64,000 nt of DNA. It comes from a virus. The notes below the pieces were generated by a model. The model had not been told where the DNA came from and did no database searches. It saw only the letters and a program-made list of their open reading frames with translations. The DNA lies in the IMG/VR virus record IMGVR_UViG_3300008459_000008, positions 32,001 to 96,000 of that record. One strand, written 5' to 3'. The position numbers and the translations under genes were made by a program. Below, piece after piece: positions 40,113 through 48,935 of the stretch (position 1 is its first letter; each line of letters starts with the position of its first letter).

Positions 40113-41042
40113 ATGGTAAAATCAATCTTTCTGATAGTTATATTATTTGTCACCACAAATTCAAATTGTCAAACTTTTATCCAACCCAACAGCCACTGGC
40201 ACCGTATGTGGGACTTCGTATCTTGTCCAGGTTTAGGGTATGATCACCACAGGTATGTAGGAGACACTCTATTCAACAATAATTCCTATTCCAAAATAGA
40301 AAATAAACAATATTCTGTATACTTGGACCAAATGAATGGGACACAAAATTATTATATTCATCAAAAAAAATCAACTTACTTGAGACAAAGCTTTGACACA
40401 ATTTTTATTTTTGATGAAGAGTATTCTGAGGATAGATTTGGGTGGTCTCAAAACCCAAGTGTTGGTGAATTATATTATCTTGGTAAGGTCAAAAATTTTA
40501 TCTCTCAAAACGATATTAAAGTTTATTCGAGGGTAGATTCTATTTCAACCGAAATCATACAAGGGCAGGAAACTAAATGGATTTATTCAACTACGAATTT
40601 AGATTCTTTAGGCAATCCAATAAATTATTATACCACAAAATTTAATTATATTATCAAATTAAACACTTTGATGGGTCCAATAACTGAATGGATAATTCCA
40701 AGTACAACTTCTCTTTCTTGTTTTGAGTCATCAATCACCACCAAGATAAATTATTCTGGTCTAGATTGTAATGCTGGACTTGATTTTGATTGTGAGACTA
40801 CAACTCATAGTCACGAAAATAAACTGAATGATATAAAAATATATCCAAATCCGATTATTGATTATTTTACAATCACGAATTGCAAAAATAAAATTATTAG
40901 TTTGAGAAACACTGATGGTAAACAATTATCTAAGACAACGATTATATCTGACAATCATAAGATAGATCTGAAATTTTATCCCAATGGAACGTATTTTATT
41001 TTTTTGGATGAAAAATTTTTACAAAGAATTGTAAAAATTTAA
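40113..41042 (+). CDS. Secreted protein with T9SS type A C-terminal sorting domain
   Basis: Signal peptide ending before Q; VGDT..N...YSK..YLRQ N-terminal region; C-terminal IKIYPNP..DYFTI..NTDGK..IDL..YPNGTYFI..RIVKI. Confidence 0.8.
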   Translation: MVKSIFLIVILFVTTNSNCQTFIQPNSHWHRMWDFVSCPGLGYDHHRYVGDTLFNNNSYSKIENKQYSVYLDQMNGTQNYYIHQKKSTYLRQSFDTIFIFDEEYSEDRFGWSQNPSVGELYYLGKVKNFISQNDIKVYSRVDSISTEIIQGQETKWIYSTTNLDSLGNPINYYTTKFNYIIKLNTLMGPITEWIIPSTTSLSCFESSITTKINYSGLDCNAGLDFDCETTTHSHENKLNDIKIYPNPIIDYFTITNCKNKIISLRNTDGKQLSKTTIISDNHKIDLKFYPNGTYFIFLDEKFLQRIVKI

Positions 41043-41067
41043 ACTTTGGTTATTCTACTTATTATAA
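41040..41067 (+). promoter_or_regulatory. TAAAC-N18-TATAA promoter-like motif upstream of the putative ncRNA
   Basis: The same bipartite motif recurs upstream of 7 other genes in the window. Confidence 0.55.
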
Positions 41068-41072
41068 CTCTT

Positions 41073-41226
41073 GTCGATTGAAGTAGTGTAATATAGTTCT
41101 CGGAAACTAACGGAATATAAAAAGCACAGACCGCCTGACCCTGGCAATAGATCTTACATCATGCTTGTAAGAACGGTAAAGTTGAGGTGAATGCCGTTAA
41201 TCCTCAGAATTCAATTGAGCCCCGAC
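41073..41226 (+). ncRNA. Putative structured non-coding RNA of unknown family, with H-type pseudoknot
   Basis: GC-richer intergenic stretch with paired ends (GTCG/CGAC, ATTGAA/TTCAAT), internal hairpins and the pseudoknot ACGGTA/TGCCGT + TGAGG/CCTCA; flanked by promoter motif and terminator. Confidence 0.6.
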
Positions 41227-41231
41227 CCTCT

Positions 41232-41263
41232 AAAAAAGTCCGAATTTTTTCGGACTTTTTTTT
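41232..41263 (+). terminator. Rho-independent terminator
   Basis: AAAAAAGTCCGAA-tttt-TTCGGACTTTTTTTT. Confidence 0.85.
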
Positions 41264-41291
41264 GTTTTAGTATAAAATTGTTATATCTTTG
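41261..41291 (+). promoter_or_regulatory. Bacteroidota-type housekeeping promoter
   Basis: TTTG (41261-64), 19-nt spacer, TATCTTTG (41284-91). Confidence 0.7.
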
Positions 41292-41313
41292 TAACACTAA
41301 ATCAAAATACAAT

Positions 41314-42189
41314 ATGTCAACATTCCTATTCTCTCGTGGTTATAAAAAGTATAACAAAGTAGATCTGTTCAAAAAAATTGATGCAGTTGAAATCTTTCGT
41401 GAAGGCAGCCAAATCATCACTAAATATTTCAATCGTGTAGTGAATAATACACCGGTTTCTGACCGTTATGAGGTATTTGACATTCGTTCCTTTATGAAAT
41501 CTAAAATTGAATTGTTGGAGGCAAATTTCAACATCAGTTTCTATAATTTCCGTATGAAAGGAGGTATCCAAGAACTCATTCTTCTCTCAGATGAAGTAGA
41601 AATCGCTGGTTCTAATTACTATAAAGCTTTCTTTATTCTTAATTCATCAGACAAATCTCGTCGTCTCAATATGAACCTCGGTCTTTATCAAGCTGATAAT
41701 GGTGTTTACCTTGTCAATTCCATTAAGAATTTTTCACTTACTACCAAACACCTCAAGGGTATTACCGATAAAGCTGAAGTTGCTTCCACACACATTGATG
41801 TTGAAACTTTTGACGAACAAATCCAATCCATCCGTTCATTGGTAGGGGAAAGAGTGATGATGTCCCAAGTTAGAAATATCATCATCGATAAAGACCAAAA
41901 GGTAAACCATAATAAGTTTGACGCACTTAAGAATGTGCTACGTTGGAACTATTCTAAAAGTTTTACTAAAGAACAAATTGGTATAATTTTAACACCTAGT
42001 GAGAAATTAACTATCAATACATCTAATGACTTCTCTATTGATGCTTTCACTGTGTTTCTAGCTTATATGAACGTGTTCCGAAACCAAGATTCGTATGTTG
42101 TTAGGAAAGAAACTGAGAAGATTTTGAAAATCACACAGTGCTTCATTCGTGAAGAAAAGTTAGCACAGCTTTTGGATATGTTGGATTAA
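41314..42189 (+). CDS. DUF932/DUF945-like early phage protein
   Basis: VSDRYEVFD, FILNSSDKS...LGLYQ, TTKHL pattern. True start is likely ATG 41314; the track start at 41191 runs through the RNA and terminator. Confidence 0.55.
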   Translation: MSTFLFSRGYKKYNKVDLFKKIDAVEIFREGSQIITKYFNRVVNNTPVSDRYEVFDIRSFMKSKIELLEANFNISFYNFRMKGGIQELILLSDEVEIAGSNYYKAFFILNSSDKSRRLNMNLGLYQADNGVYLVNSIKNFSLTTKHLKGITDKAEVASTHIDVETFDEQIQSIRSLVGERVMMSQVRNIIIDKDQKVNHNKFDALKNVLRWNYSKSFTKEQIGIILTPSEKLTINTSNDFSIDAFTVFLAYMNVFRNQDSYVVRKETEKILKITQCFIREEKLAQLLDMLD

Positions 42190-42202
42190 AATTGTACCTT
42201 TG
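42171..42202 (+). promoter_or_regulatory. Bacteroidota-type housekeeping promoter
   Basis: TTTG (42171-74), 20-nt spacer, TACCTTTG (42195-202). Confidence 0.65.
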
Positions 42203-42210
42203 TAAGACTT

Positions 42211-43458
42211 ATGGCATACACAAGAAAAACATCTGATATAATTACCTCACACGATTTGGATTATATCCTTCATCAAATGAAGGATAAATCTGAAGTTGCT
42301 AGACTACTTATTAAGCAAAGACACCCGATTGAAAATTTAGTTGATGATCACATTAATTATATTTCGATATCAAGTTCTGATTGTACTAAAATTTCTTACT
42401 TAACATCAGAGAGAATTGATGCCCTATTATCCAATGGTGAAGATCTTTGGACATCTAGTAAAAGATTTCATATCAAACCAGGTGCCTTTATTGGTAAAAT
42501 ATTTAAAAATATCCCACCACGCGAGGTAGAATTATTTTCTACTTTATTCAGAAATATTCAAACTAAAATAGAAATGGAATTCCGTGTGGTGAGTGGATCG
42601 TATATTTACCCCTACTATCATCATTCATCCTACCTAAATGAAAATGGTTCATTAGGTGCCTCTTGTATGAAGTATGACCAATGTCAAGACTACTTAGACT
42701 TATATACACTGAATTCCAATACGGTTAGTCTTTTAGTTCTGTTGAATAATAGAAATAAACTCATAGGCAGAGCCTTACTCTGGTCAATTGGAGACACTAA
42801 AATTATGGATAGAATTTATACAGTCAATGATGAAAACTATCAATACCACTTTAAAAAGTGGGCTGATGATAACGGTTATTGGTATAAAAAAGAACAAAGA
42901 TGGAATAACACACTTTATTTCGAGCAGAAGGGAAAAGTAGACTATAAAGAACTTGAAATACAACTTAAGAATTTTGATTTTGAATATTACCCATATATGG
43001 ATACTTTCAAATTTGTCGATTTGAAGAATGGTGTATTATACAACTATCAGCCAAATGGTGTAAAATTCAATACTATTTCCTCAGCAGAAGGTAAAGTTCA
43101 ATCAGATAGTATTTATTCAATGTGTGAAAAAACAAAAACTTTCCATTCAAGTGATTATATTAATTATGTACCAAATAGAGGAATAAGAGTTTGTGCTGAT
43201 TTGACTGTTTATTCGGATATCTATGACATTTATATTCTGAGAGAAGATGCTAGATATGATCAAGATTTGGGTGATTGGATTTATCAAGATGACGATTTAA
43301 ACAATGATATTTTAATTGAAAAGAAAAAATCTGAAGTTAAGTCAAACTCACGTTGGGTAGATTTATCAAACGTTCCAATTGAATATCATCTGATTTCGGA
43401 GGAAGACAACGAAGAGGTTCCTCCTCCACCACCACAAGAGGAATATTCACCCTTTTAA
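42211..43458 (+). CDS. Uncharacterised phage protein, SCM/RALxW/MDRIY family (paralog B)
   Basis: GSLGASCMKY, GRALLW, IMDRIY, YPYMDTF. Confidence 0.6.
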   Translation: MAYTRKTSDIITSHDLDYILHQMKDKSEVARLLIKQRHPIENLVDDHINYISISSSDCTKISYLTSERIDALLSNGEDLWTSSKRFHIKPGAFIGKIFKNIPPREVELFSTLFRNIQTKIEMEFRVVSGSYIYPYYHHSSYLNENGSLGASCMKYDQCQDYLDLYTLNSNTVSLLVLLNNRNKLIGRALLWSIGDTKIMDRIYTVNDENYQYHFKKWADDNGYWYKKEQRWNNTLYFEQKGKVDYKELEIQLKNFDFEYYPYMDTFKFVDLKNGVLYNYQPNGVKFNTISSAEGKVQSDSIYSMCEKTKTFHSSDYINYVPNRGIRVCADLTVYSDIYDIYILREDARYDQDLGDWIYQDDDLNNDILIEKKKSEVKSNSRWVDLSNVPIEYHLISEEDNEEVPPPPPQEEYSPF

Positions 43459-43489
43459 ACAAAATTAAAATCCCTCATATAAATTTGAT

Positions 43490-44218
43490 ATGAGGGATTT
43501 TGTTTTAAATAAGTTGGAAGTTTTCAATGATTCAAAATTCATATTTGATCCAAAGTGGCATAAATACACTTACGATGGTAAACAGTTTGAATCTGTAACT
43601 AAATTTATACAGAGATTTCATAAACCATTTGATCAAGATTATTGGTCAAAGAAGAAGGCTGAGAAAACAGGTGTTGAACAATCGGAAATTCTAGAACAGT
43701 GGAAAATAATAAATGAAAGGGCTAATTTCATAGGAACATCAACACATAATTGGATAGAAAACTATTTCAATAAAATACATCAAGATATACCAAGTGACTT
43801 AGATGTCGTTGATAGAATAAACAAATTCAATCTAATTTATGCTAAACATTTATACAAATTGGAACCAATTAAATTCGAACAGCGAGTATTTTCCGTAGAT
43901 TGGGGATTAGCTGGGACATTTGACGCATTGTTTGTTTATAAAGATAAATTAGTAATTTTAGATTGGAAAACCAATAAAAATTTTGCCACCTCAAATTCTT
44001 ATGGTGAGAAATTACTAGAACCATTTCAGGATTATGATAAATGTCATCTTAACGAATATTCAATCCAAATATCAATGTATAGTCTCATTCTAAGTAAAAT
44101 TGGATTAGATGTAAAGGTTGGATATATTCTATACATCGGACCAGAGGGAGATCCACAAATTCATAAATGTCATGATTTTAAGGATTTACTTGAAGAATAT
44201 CTCAAAAATCAAGCATAA
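43490..44218 (+). CDS. PD-(D/E)XK exonuclease-like protein
   Basis: HKY, SVT, GTSTHNWIE, EQRV, AGTFD, ILDWKT, YSIQISMY motifs. Confidence 0.8.
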   Translation: MRDFVLNKLEVFNDSKFIFDPKWHKYTYDGKQFESVTKFIQRFHKPFDQDYWSKKKAEKTGVEQSEILEQWKIINERANFIGTSTHNWIENYFNKIHQDIPSDLDVVDRINKFNLIYAKHLYKLEPIKFEQRVFSVDWGLAGTFDALFVYKDKLVILDWKTNKNFATSNSYGEKLLEPFQDYDKCHLNEYSIQISMYSLILSKIGLDVKVGYILYIGPEGDPQIHKCHDFKDLLEEYLKNQA

Positions 44219-45459
44219 ATTCCAGCGGCCCCCAAAACTTGAACCCAATCATTATTAGACCTCAATATATTAAATGTGAATGCGGTTACAGTTGTTGGTA
44301 ACGTAGTCGGTGGTGTCCCACCTATCCATCTGATTACTTTTGGTACACCATCTATCTCAAAACCTATTATTGTAAAATTCGTAATACCTTGATCTACAAA
44401 AACAGTAATATTTATAGCTCTTGAGTCGACAAGTGGTAAATTAATAATATTAAGGGTGAAATCATTAGATGGTGACGATACGTAAAACACTGAACCAAGA
44501 TTGAAATCAAAATTAACCGTAGCGTTTGTAACAAGGATTGAGTCAACCAAGACAGTTGTTATATTCTGTAATGTTGTATCACCTTGTAAAATTGCATAAT
44601 TTAACGTAGGGGTGTCGATACTAGGAGATTTTATTATTGGTTGATCGAGAGATCCGAATATTTTTACATCACCAAGTATAGAAAATGTTAATCCATCGTA
44701 AGTTAAATCATCTTGACCAATTAGTCCATTTTCGGTTCCATCGCTAAGTACAAATTTATTTTGACCAAAGTTATTTATAATGTAACTAGGACCAGTCGAA
44801 CCTTGAGGACCATCATTTCCAGCCGGACCAGAAGGACCAGTCACACCAGGACCAAAATTTACCTGTTTCCACTCACCACCAATTCTAACATTCAGAGTTG
44901 GTTGTCCCAAATTATTCGGATTCCAATTCACACCATCTGAAAAGGCTATACAACCATCATTATCAACAGGTTCGATGGTATTATATGGTAAAATAACACC
45001 ACCTTGGTAAAATTTATAATCAAATTCTACACCGGATTGTGTTCCACTTGTCCAATCAAATGATTTAAAAGACAAGGAACTTTTTTCAAGATCTTCCATA
45101 ATGAAAGATATTTGTGCTCTTTCATTATACACAACTTCTTCATTTTGGTATGGAGTTGCTGGGGCTGAAGATGGACCATCCCAATCCCAAGCTCTGAAGA
45201 GATAATTAGGACCCCCCTCATTTACGTGATTAGTAAATCTTATGGTATATGGACCATCTATATACAGGTGGTGACTATTGAATTTTACTTCTTTTGTAGT
45301 ATTCCATCTGTCCAAATTATCTATAACAAGAGGTTTGTTTTGTAATTGAACATAATCTCTGAGTTGGGATGTAGCGAGACCTTCTAGGTAAGTCAAATTA
45401 CCATCCATTTCCTCTATCGAAAGTTTACTACCTTTGAGTGTTCTTGTTATAAGTGGCAT
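44209..45459 (-). CDS. Putative tail fibre protein with short collagen-like segment
   Basis: N-terminal R..KGSKLSIEEMDGNLTYL attachment motif; Gly-X-Y run GVTGPSGPAGNDGPQGSTGPS; C-terminal IRWIGGTPPT fibre-tip-like domain. Confidence 0.65.
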   Translation of the reverse strand: MPLITRTLKGSKLSIEEMDGNLTYLEGLATSQLRDYVQLQNKPLVIDNLDRWNTTKEVKFNSHHLYIDGPYTIRFTNHVNEGGPNYLFRAWDWDGPSSAPATPYQNEEVVYNERAQISFIMEDLEKSSLSFKSFDWTSGTQSGVEFDYKFYQGGVILPYNTIEPVDNDGCIAFSDGVNWNPNNLGQPTLNVRIGGEWKQVNFGPGVTGPSGPAGNDGPQGSTGPSYIINNFGQNKFVLSDGTENGLIGQDDLTYDGLTFSILGDVKIFGSLDQPIIKSPSIDTPTLNYAILQGDTTLQNITTVLVDSILVTNATVNFDFNLGSVFYVSSPSNDFTLNIINLPLVDSRAINITVFVDQGITNFTIIGFEIDGVPKVIRWIGGTPPTTLPTTVTAFTFNILRSNNDWVQVLGAAGIYA

Positions 45460-45475
45460 CTATAAAACTTCTTTT

Positions 45476-46207
45476 TTATTCGAAATATTCATCAATATAG
45501 TTTGGTTCAGTGTAATTATTACTTGAATATTCAATAAAGTAATATTCACGTAGTATATCTATTGATGTTGAATATCTATCTATCAAACTTATATTTTGGT
45601 TATCTACTGTATGAAAAGATGCGGTTCCTGGATAAACTCCAACCCAATAATTCGAAAAAGTAGGAGTAATTCTATTTTCTTTACTCCAAGTATACTCTTT
45701 GACACATTGAAATAATTTATCACCATAGTAAACGATAGAATCTTTTTTGTATACCAAAGTCATAAGTGGACTTGAGATAAATTTAGGTATAGCAACTCTT
45801 AGATACTCGGGATAAAATGTAATTACATCAAGAATATCCGATGTGGTGGATGTGTTATATTGTTTGATATCACCTAAATATTTAGTTGATGTCAAATCAA
45901 AAAATTGGGTCCCAAGTGTATAAACACCTTTGGATAAAAATAAAGATTGTAAATTTTTATTAGCTTGTGATTCTGTGAAATTTGATATTTTTTTGAAAGT
46001 TGTTTTCTTTAGATCATCAATAGATTTGTAGGTTCTTGTGTCGATTTTGAATTTGGTGTACATCACATCTTGTAACATTCCAGATTTACCATATTCAATT
46101 ACCTCATCTATCAAATCATAATAATTTTGTAAGTAAGATTCTCCCTTACTCACAATTTTAATGATTCTTTCATATAATTTTTCAATATCTTTTCTATATT
46201 GATTCAC
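45476..46207 (-). CDS. Hypothetical protein
   Basis: 243-aa ORF co-oriented with the fibre gene; short YKKDSIVYYGDKLFQC..YW CBM5/12-like segment. Confidence 0.5.
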   Translation of the reverse strand: MNQYRKDIEKLYERIIKIVSKGESYLQNYYDLIDEVIEYGKSGMLQDVMYTKFKIDTRTYKSIDDLKKTTFKKISNFTESQANKNLQSLFLSKGVYTLGTQFFDLTSTKYLGDIKQYNTSTTSDILDVITFYPEYLRVAIPKFISSPLMTLVYKKDSIVYYGDKLFQCVKEYTWSKENRITPTFSNYWVGVYPGTASFHTVDNQNISLIDRYSTSIDILREYYFIEYSSNNYTEPNYIDEYFE

Positions 46208-46228
46208 AAAAACTAATTATTTTTTTGT

Positions 46229-46555
46229 TTATTTGGTCTCATCTGTCTCAACATCCCCTACTATCTCATCTTTTGTTTTTTTGATTGTAGGATTTCCATC
46301 TTTATCTAAAAAGAAATAGTTATTTCCTTCTATTTTTTCTATTGGTTTTATACCAATAACCTCAGAAGCTGGTTTTTTGTCTGGACTTGACTTTTCATCA
46401 TCACTTAATCCATTCCAATCTTCGATAGTTTTACCCTTTCTGAGATAAATTACTGTGTTACCAATTTCAAATTTTTTTTCTTGTTTTTTATCCTCAAAAA
46501 ATAAATTTTCGTTAGTTATAAATTCCAAATAACTTACTATCTTTTGAAATCTCAT
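46229..46555 (-). CDS. Hypothetical protein with capsid-targeting-like leader
   Basis: MRFQKIVSYLEFITNE; AATATATA upstream. Confidence 0.55.
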   Translation of the reverse strand: MRFQKIVSYLEFITNENLFFEDKKQEKKFEIGNTVIYLRKGKTIEDWNGLSDDEKSSPDKKPASEVIGIKPIEKIEGNNYFFLDKDGNPTIKKTKDEIVGDVETDETK

Positions 46556-46629
46556 AGAGATAAATTTTATTTTATATATTAAAAATCAATTTTATAAACT
46601 TGAAACAAACGTTTCCATATAAAACTATT

Positions 46630-47175
46630 ATGAATTGGAACGAATATAAAGAATTATCAGAAAAAACTCTATCTACTGAATTCCACTGCGGTAAACAAGT
46701 AGAAAATTTATTACATGGAGTTATTGGTGTACTAACTGAATTAGAAGAATTGATCGGTTGGAATGATGAAATCAATAAAAAAGAAGAAGTCGCGGATATT
46801 TTTTGGTATATCGCTCTTTTGGATAGAGAATTGGATTTAAATCTTGAAATAAAAAAGTTCGATAAAGGTATCTATCAATTGACAAATGAAACTTTGATAA
46901 TGCAATCATTTAAAACAACTTGTTTACTATTAGATTATCTTAAGAAGAAAATTTATTACAACAAACAAATATCAATTGAAGATTTTTCAACACAAACTTT
47001 AAACCTTTTTGAGACAGTCTGTCTTTTTTGTGAAGCTAATTCAATAGAAATAGAACATATTTTGGATACTAATATATCAAAATTAAAAGCCAGATACGGT
47101 GATAAATTTTCAACAGACAAAGCCATCAACAGGAATTTAGATTTAGAACGGACTATACTTGAACATAGTAAATAA
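46630..47175 (+). CDS. MazG-like nucleotide pyrophosphohydrolase
   Basis: LHGVIGVLTELEEL, EEVADIFWY, NISKLKARYGDKF; ATG at 46630. Confidence 0.8.
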   Translation: MNWNEYKELSEKTLSTEFHCGKQVENLLHGVIGVLTELEELIGWNDEINKKEEVADIFWYIALLDRELDLNLEIKKFDKGIYQLTNETLIMQSFKTTCLLLDYLKKKIYYNKQISIEDFSTQTLNLFETVCLFCEANSIEIEHILDTNISKLKARYGDKFSTDKAINRNLDLERTILEHSK

Positions 47176-47219
47176 ACATACTAAATTCATTAGACTATAA
47201 TAAAAAATAAAAACAATTA

Positions 47220-48380
47220 ATGAAAAAAACGTACAGATTAGCAATCTCACAGATTGTAAAAAATGAAGCCCACGTAATTGAAAGAATGTTGAATTCAATA
47301 AAAACTATCATAGATTGTGCTGTATTTGTTGACACAGGTTCTACCGATGGTACACAAGATGTCATTAAAAATTGGGGTGAGAAAAATAATATACCTGTCT
47401 TTGTATATGATAGACCATTCGATAATTTTGAAAATTCACGAAATTATGCAATGCAAATGGTTAAAGATAAATCGGATTATGCATTCTGGTTGGATGCTGA
47501 TGAAACAATAGATATAGATCCTAATTTCGATAAACACAAATTAGATAAAGACCTTTATATGTTTAATACTTATATCGGTAATATGAAATATACTAGGAAC
47601 GAATGTTGGAACACAAATAAAGCATTTAGATGGTACGGACCAGTACATGAATTTATTGTTTGTGATGATAGAGATATTACATCAGGTCTCATGGATGGTA
47701 TCACAGTGAGAGTTAAAATGGATGGTGGATCTTGGAAAGGCAATATTCCAGATAAGTATAAAAAGCACTCTATGATTTTAGAGGACTATATCGATAATAA
47801 AGATAGAAACGCTAGATGGGTATTCTACACAGCACAATCTTATCACGATTCTGCTACTATACCAGATAACAAATTTGAAAATGATGAGCGTCTTAGAAGG
47901 TCATTGAAATACTATAAAGAGAGAGTAAGCAGGACCGATGGATATGAGGAAGAAAGATTTTATTCACAATTCCGTATTGGTACAATAATGAGAGCTCTAG
48001 AAGAACCTTGGTACATTGTTCAACAAGAGTTATTGAAATCTTATAGTATGGACACATTAAGAGCAGAACCAATAAAAGTTATTGTTGACCATTACTTAAG
48101 TGTTGGTGAGTGGAATTTAGCCTATCTTTATTCAACCTTTGCTATTAACAGTTTACACGGTAAAAATCCATACCCAACTAGACTACTTTTCGTTGATGAG
48201 TCTCTATACGTTTGGAGGTTCTTAGAAGTCCACGCAGCTGCTTGTTTTTATACAAATCGTAAAGATGAAGGTAAGAAAGCGTATCAAGAACTTCTTGAAA
48301 AAATCAAAACACATCCTCAATATTTCACTCAAGAGGATATCAATAAAATTCAACAAAATGCACCTTTTTTCGCTAACTAA
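47220..48380 (+). CDS. GT2 glycosyltransferase with TPR-like C-terminus
   Basis: IVKNEAHVIERML, VDTGSTDGT, SRNYA, WLDADE, GPVHE, FYTAQSY. Confidence 0.85.
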   Translation: MKKTYRLAISQIVKNEAHVIERMLNSIKTIIDCAVFVDTGSTDGTQDVIKNWGEKNNIPVFVYDRPFDNFENSRNYAMQMVKDKSDYAFWLDADETIDIDPNFDKHKLDKDLYMFNTYIGNMKYTRNECWNTNKAFRWYGPVHEFIVCDDRDITSGLMDGITVRVKMDGGSWKGNIPDKYKKHSMILEDYIDNKDRNARWVFYTAQSYHDSATIPDNKFENDERLRRSLKYYKERVSRTDGYEEERFYSQFRIGTIMRALEEPWYIVQQELLKSYSMDTLRAEPIKVIVDHYLSVGEWNLAYLYSTFAINSLHGKNPYPTRLLFVDESLYVWRFLEVHAAACFYTNRKDEGKKAYQELLEKIKTHPQYFTQEDINKIQQNAPFFAN

Positions 48381-48382
48381 TC

Positions 48383-48934
48383 ATGTCGAAATTGGTGAGT
48401 TTGATTGGAGCACCTGCTAGTGGTAAGTCAACTTTAGCTAGTTCGGTTCACACCGAACTTAAAAAAATGGGGAAGAACTCCATATTCATAAGTGAAGTAG
48501 CAACAGACTACATTGCAGAATATGGAGTTCCCAATACCCCGCAAGACCAAATAGTCATATTTTATAAACAATGGAATCGTGAGAAGATGTTCATAGGTTC
48601 CAAAGACTACATTATTTGTGATTCTTCTGGTATACTCAATTACTTTTATTTCAGGGGTTTATTTGACCATAAGTTATCTAATAAGGATATTGCTATTATA
48701 AACCATTTACAAAAAGAAATTCTCAAAACCATTAATCAGTGGGATTTTCTTTTTTACATACCACCAATTCTTGATAATGTTGAAGATGGTATAAGATATC
48801 AAGATAAAAATCAAATATTATCACTTGATAGAAAAATTAAATCTTATTTAGAGCTTGAAAATATACATCATTACGATTTGAGTGATGTATCATTACAAAA
48901 AAGGACTGATTATATAATTGATAGAATAGTTTAG
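48383..48934 (+). CDS. NadR/AAA_28-like P-loop kinase
   Basis: GAPASGKST, SEVA, IICDS, DGIRYQ. Confidence 0.7.
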   Translation: MSKLVSLIGAPASGKSTLASSVHTELKKMGKNSIFISEVATDYIAEYGVPNTPQDQIVIFYKQWNREKMFIGSKDYIICDSSGILNYFYFRGLFDHKLSNKDIAIINHLQKEILKTINQWDFLFYIPPILDNVEDGIRYQDKNQILSLDRKIKSYLELENIHHYDLSDVSLQKRTDYIIDRIV

Positions 48935-48935
48935 A

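Noticed and set aside
41128-41205. SAM-I riboswitch resemblance (AGACC..TGA..GGCAA...TGCC..AATCC)
   Set aside because: It lacks the AUC/GAU P1 helix and the GAGGGA kink-turn/pseudoknot strand, and the downstream gene has its own promoter.
41073-41226. tRNA, tmRNA, RNase P or hammerhead identity for the RNA
   Set aside because: No T-loop GTTCRA, CCA end, GAGGAAAGTCC or CTGATGA/GAAA core on either strand.
41191-41313. ORF-track N-terminal extension of the DUF932-like gene
   Set aside because: It runs through the RNA pseudoknot, terminator and promoter; ATG 41314 fits better.
43490-44218. Cas4 / CRISPR adaptation gene
   Set aside because: No four-Cys Fe-S cluster pattern and no array or cas1; a generic phage PD-(D/E)XK nuclease.
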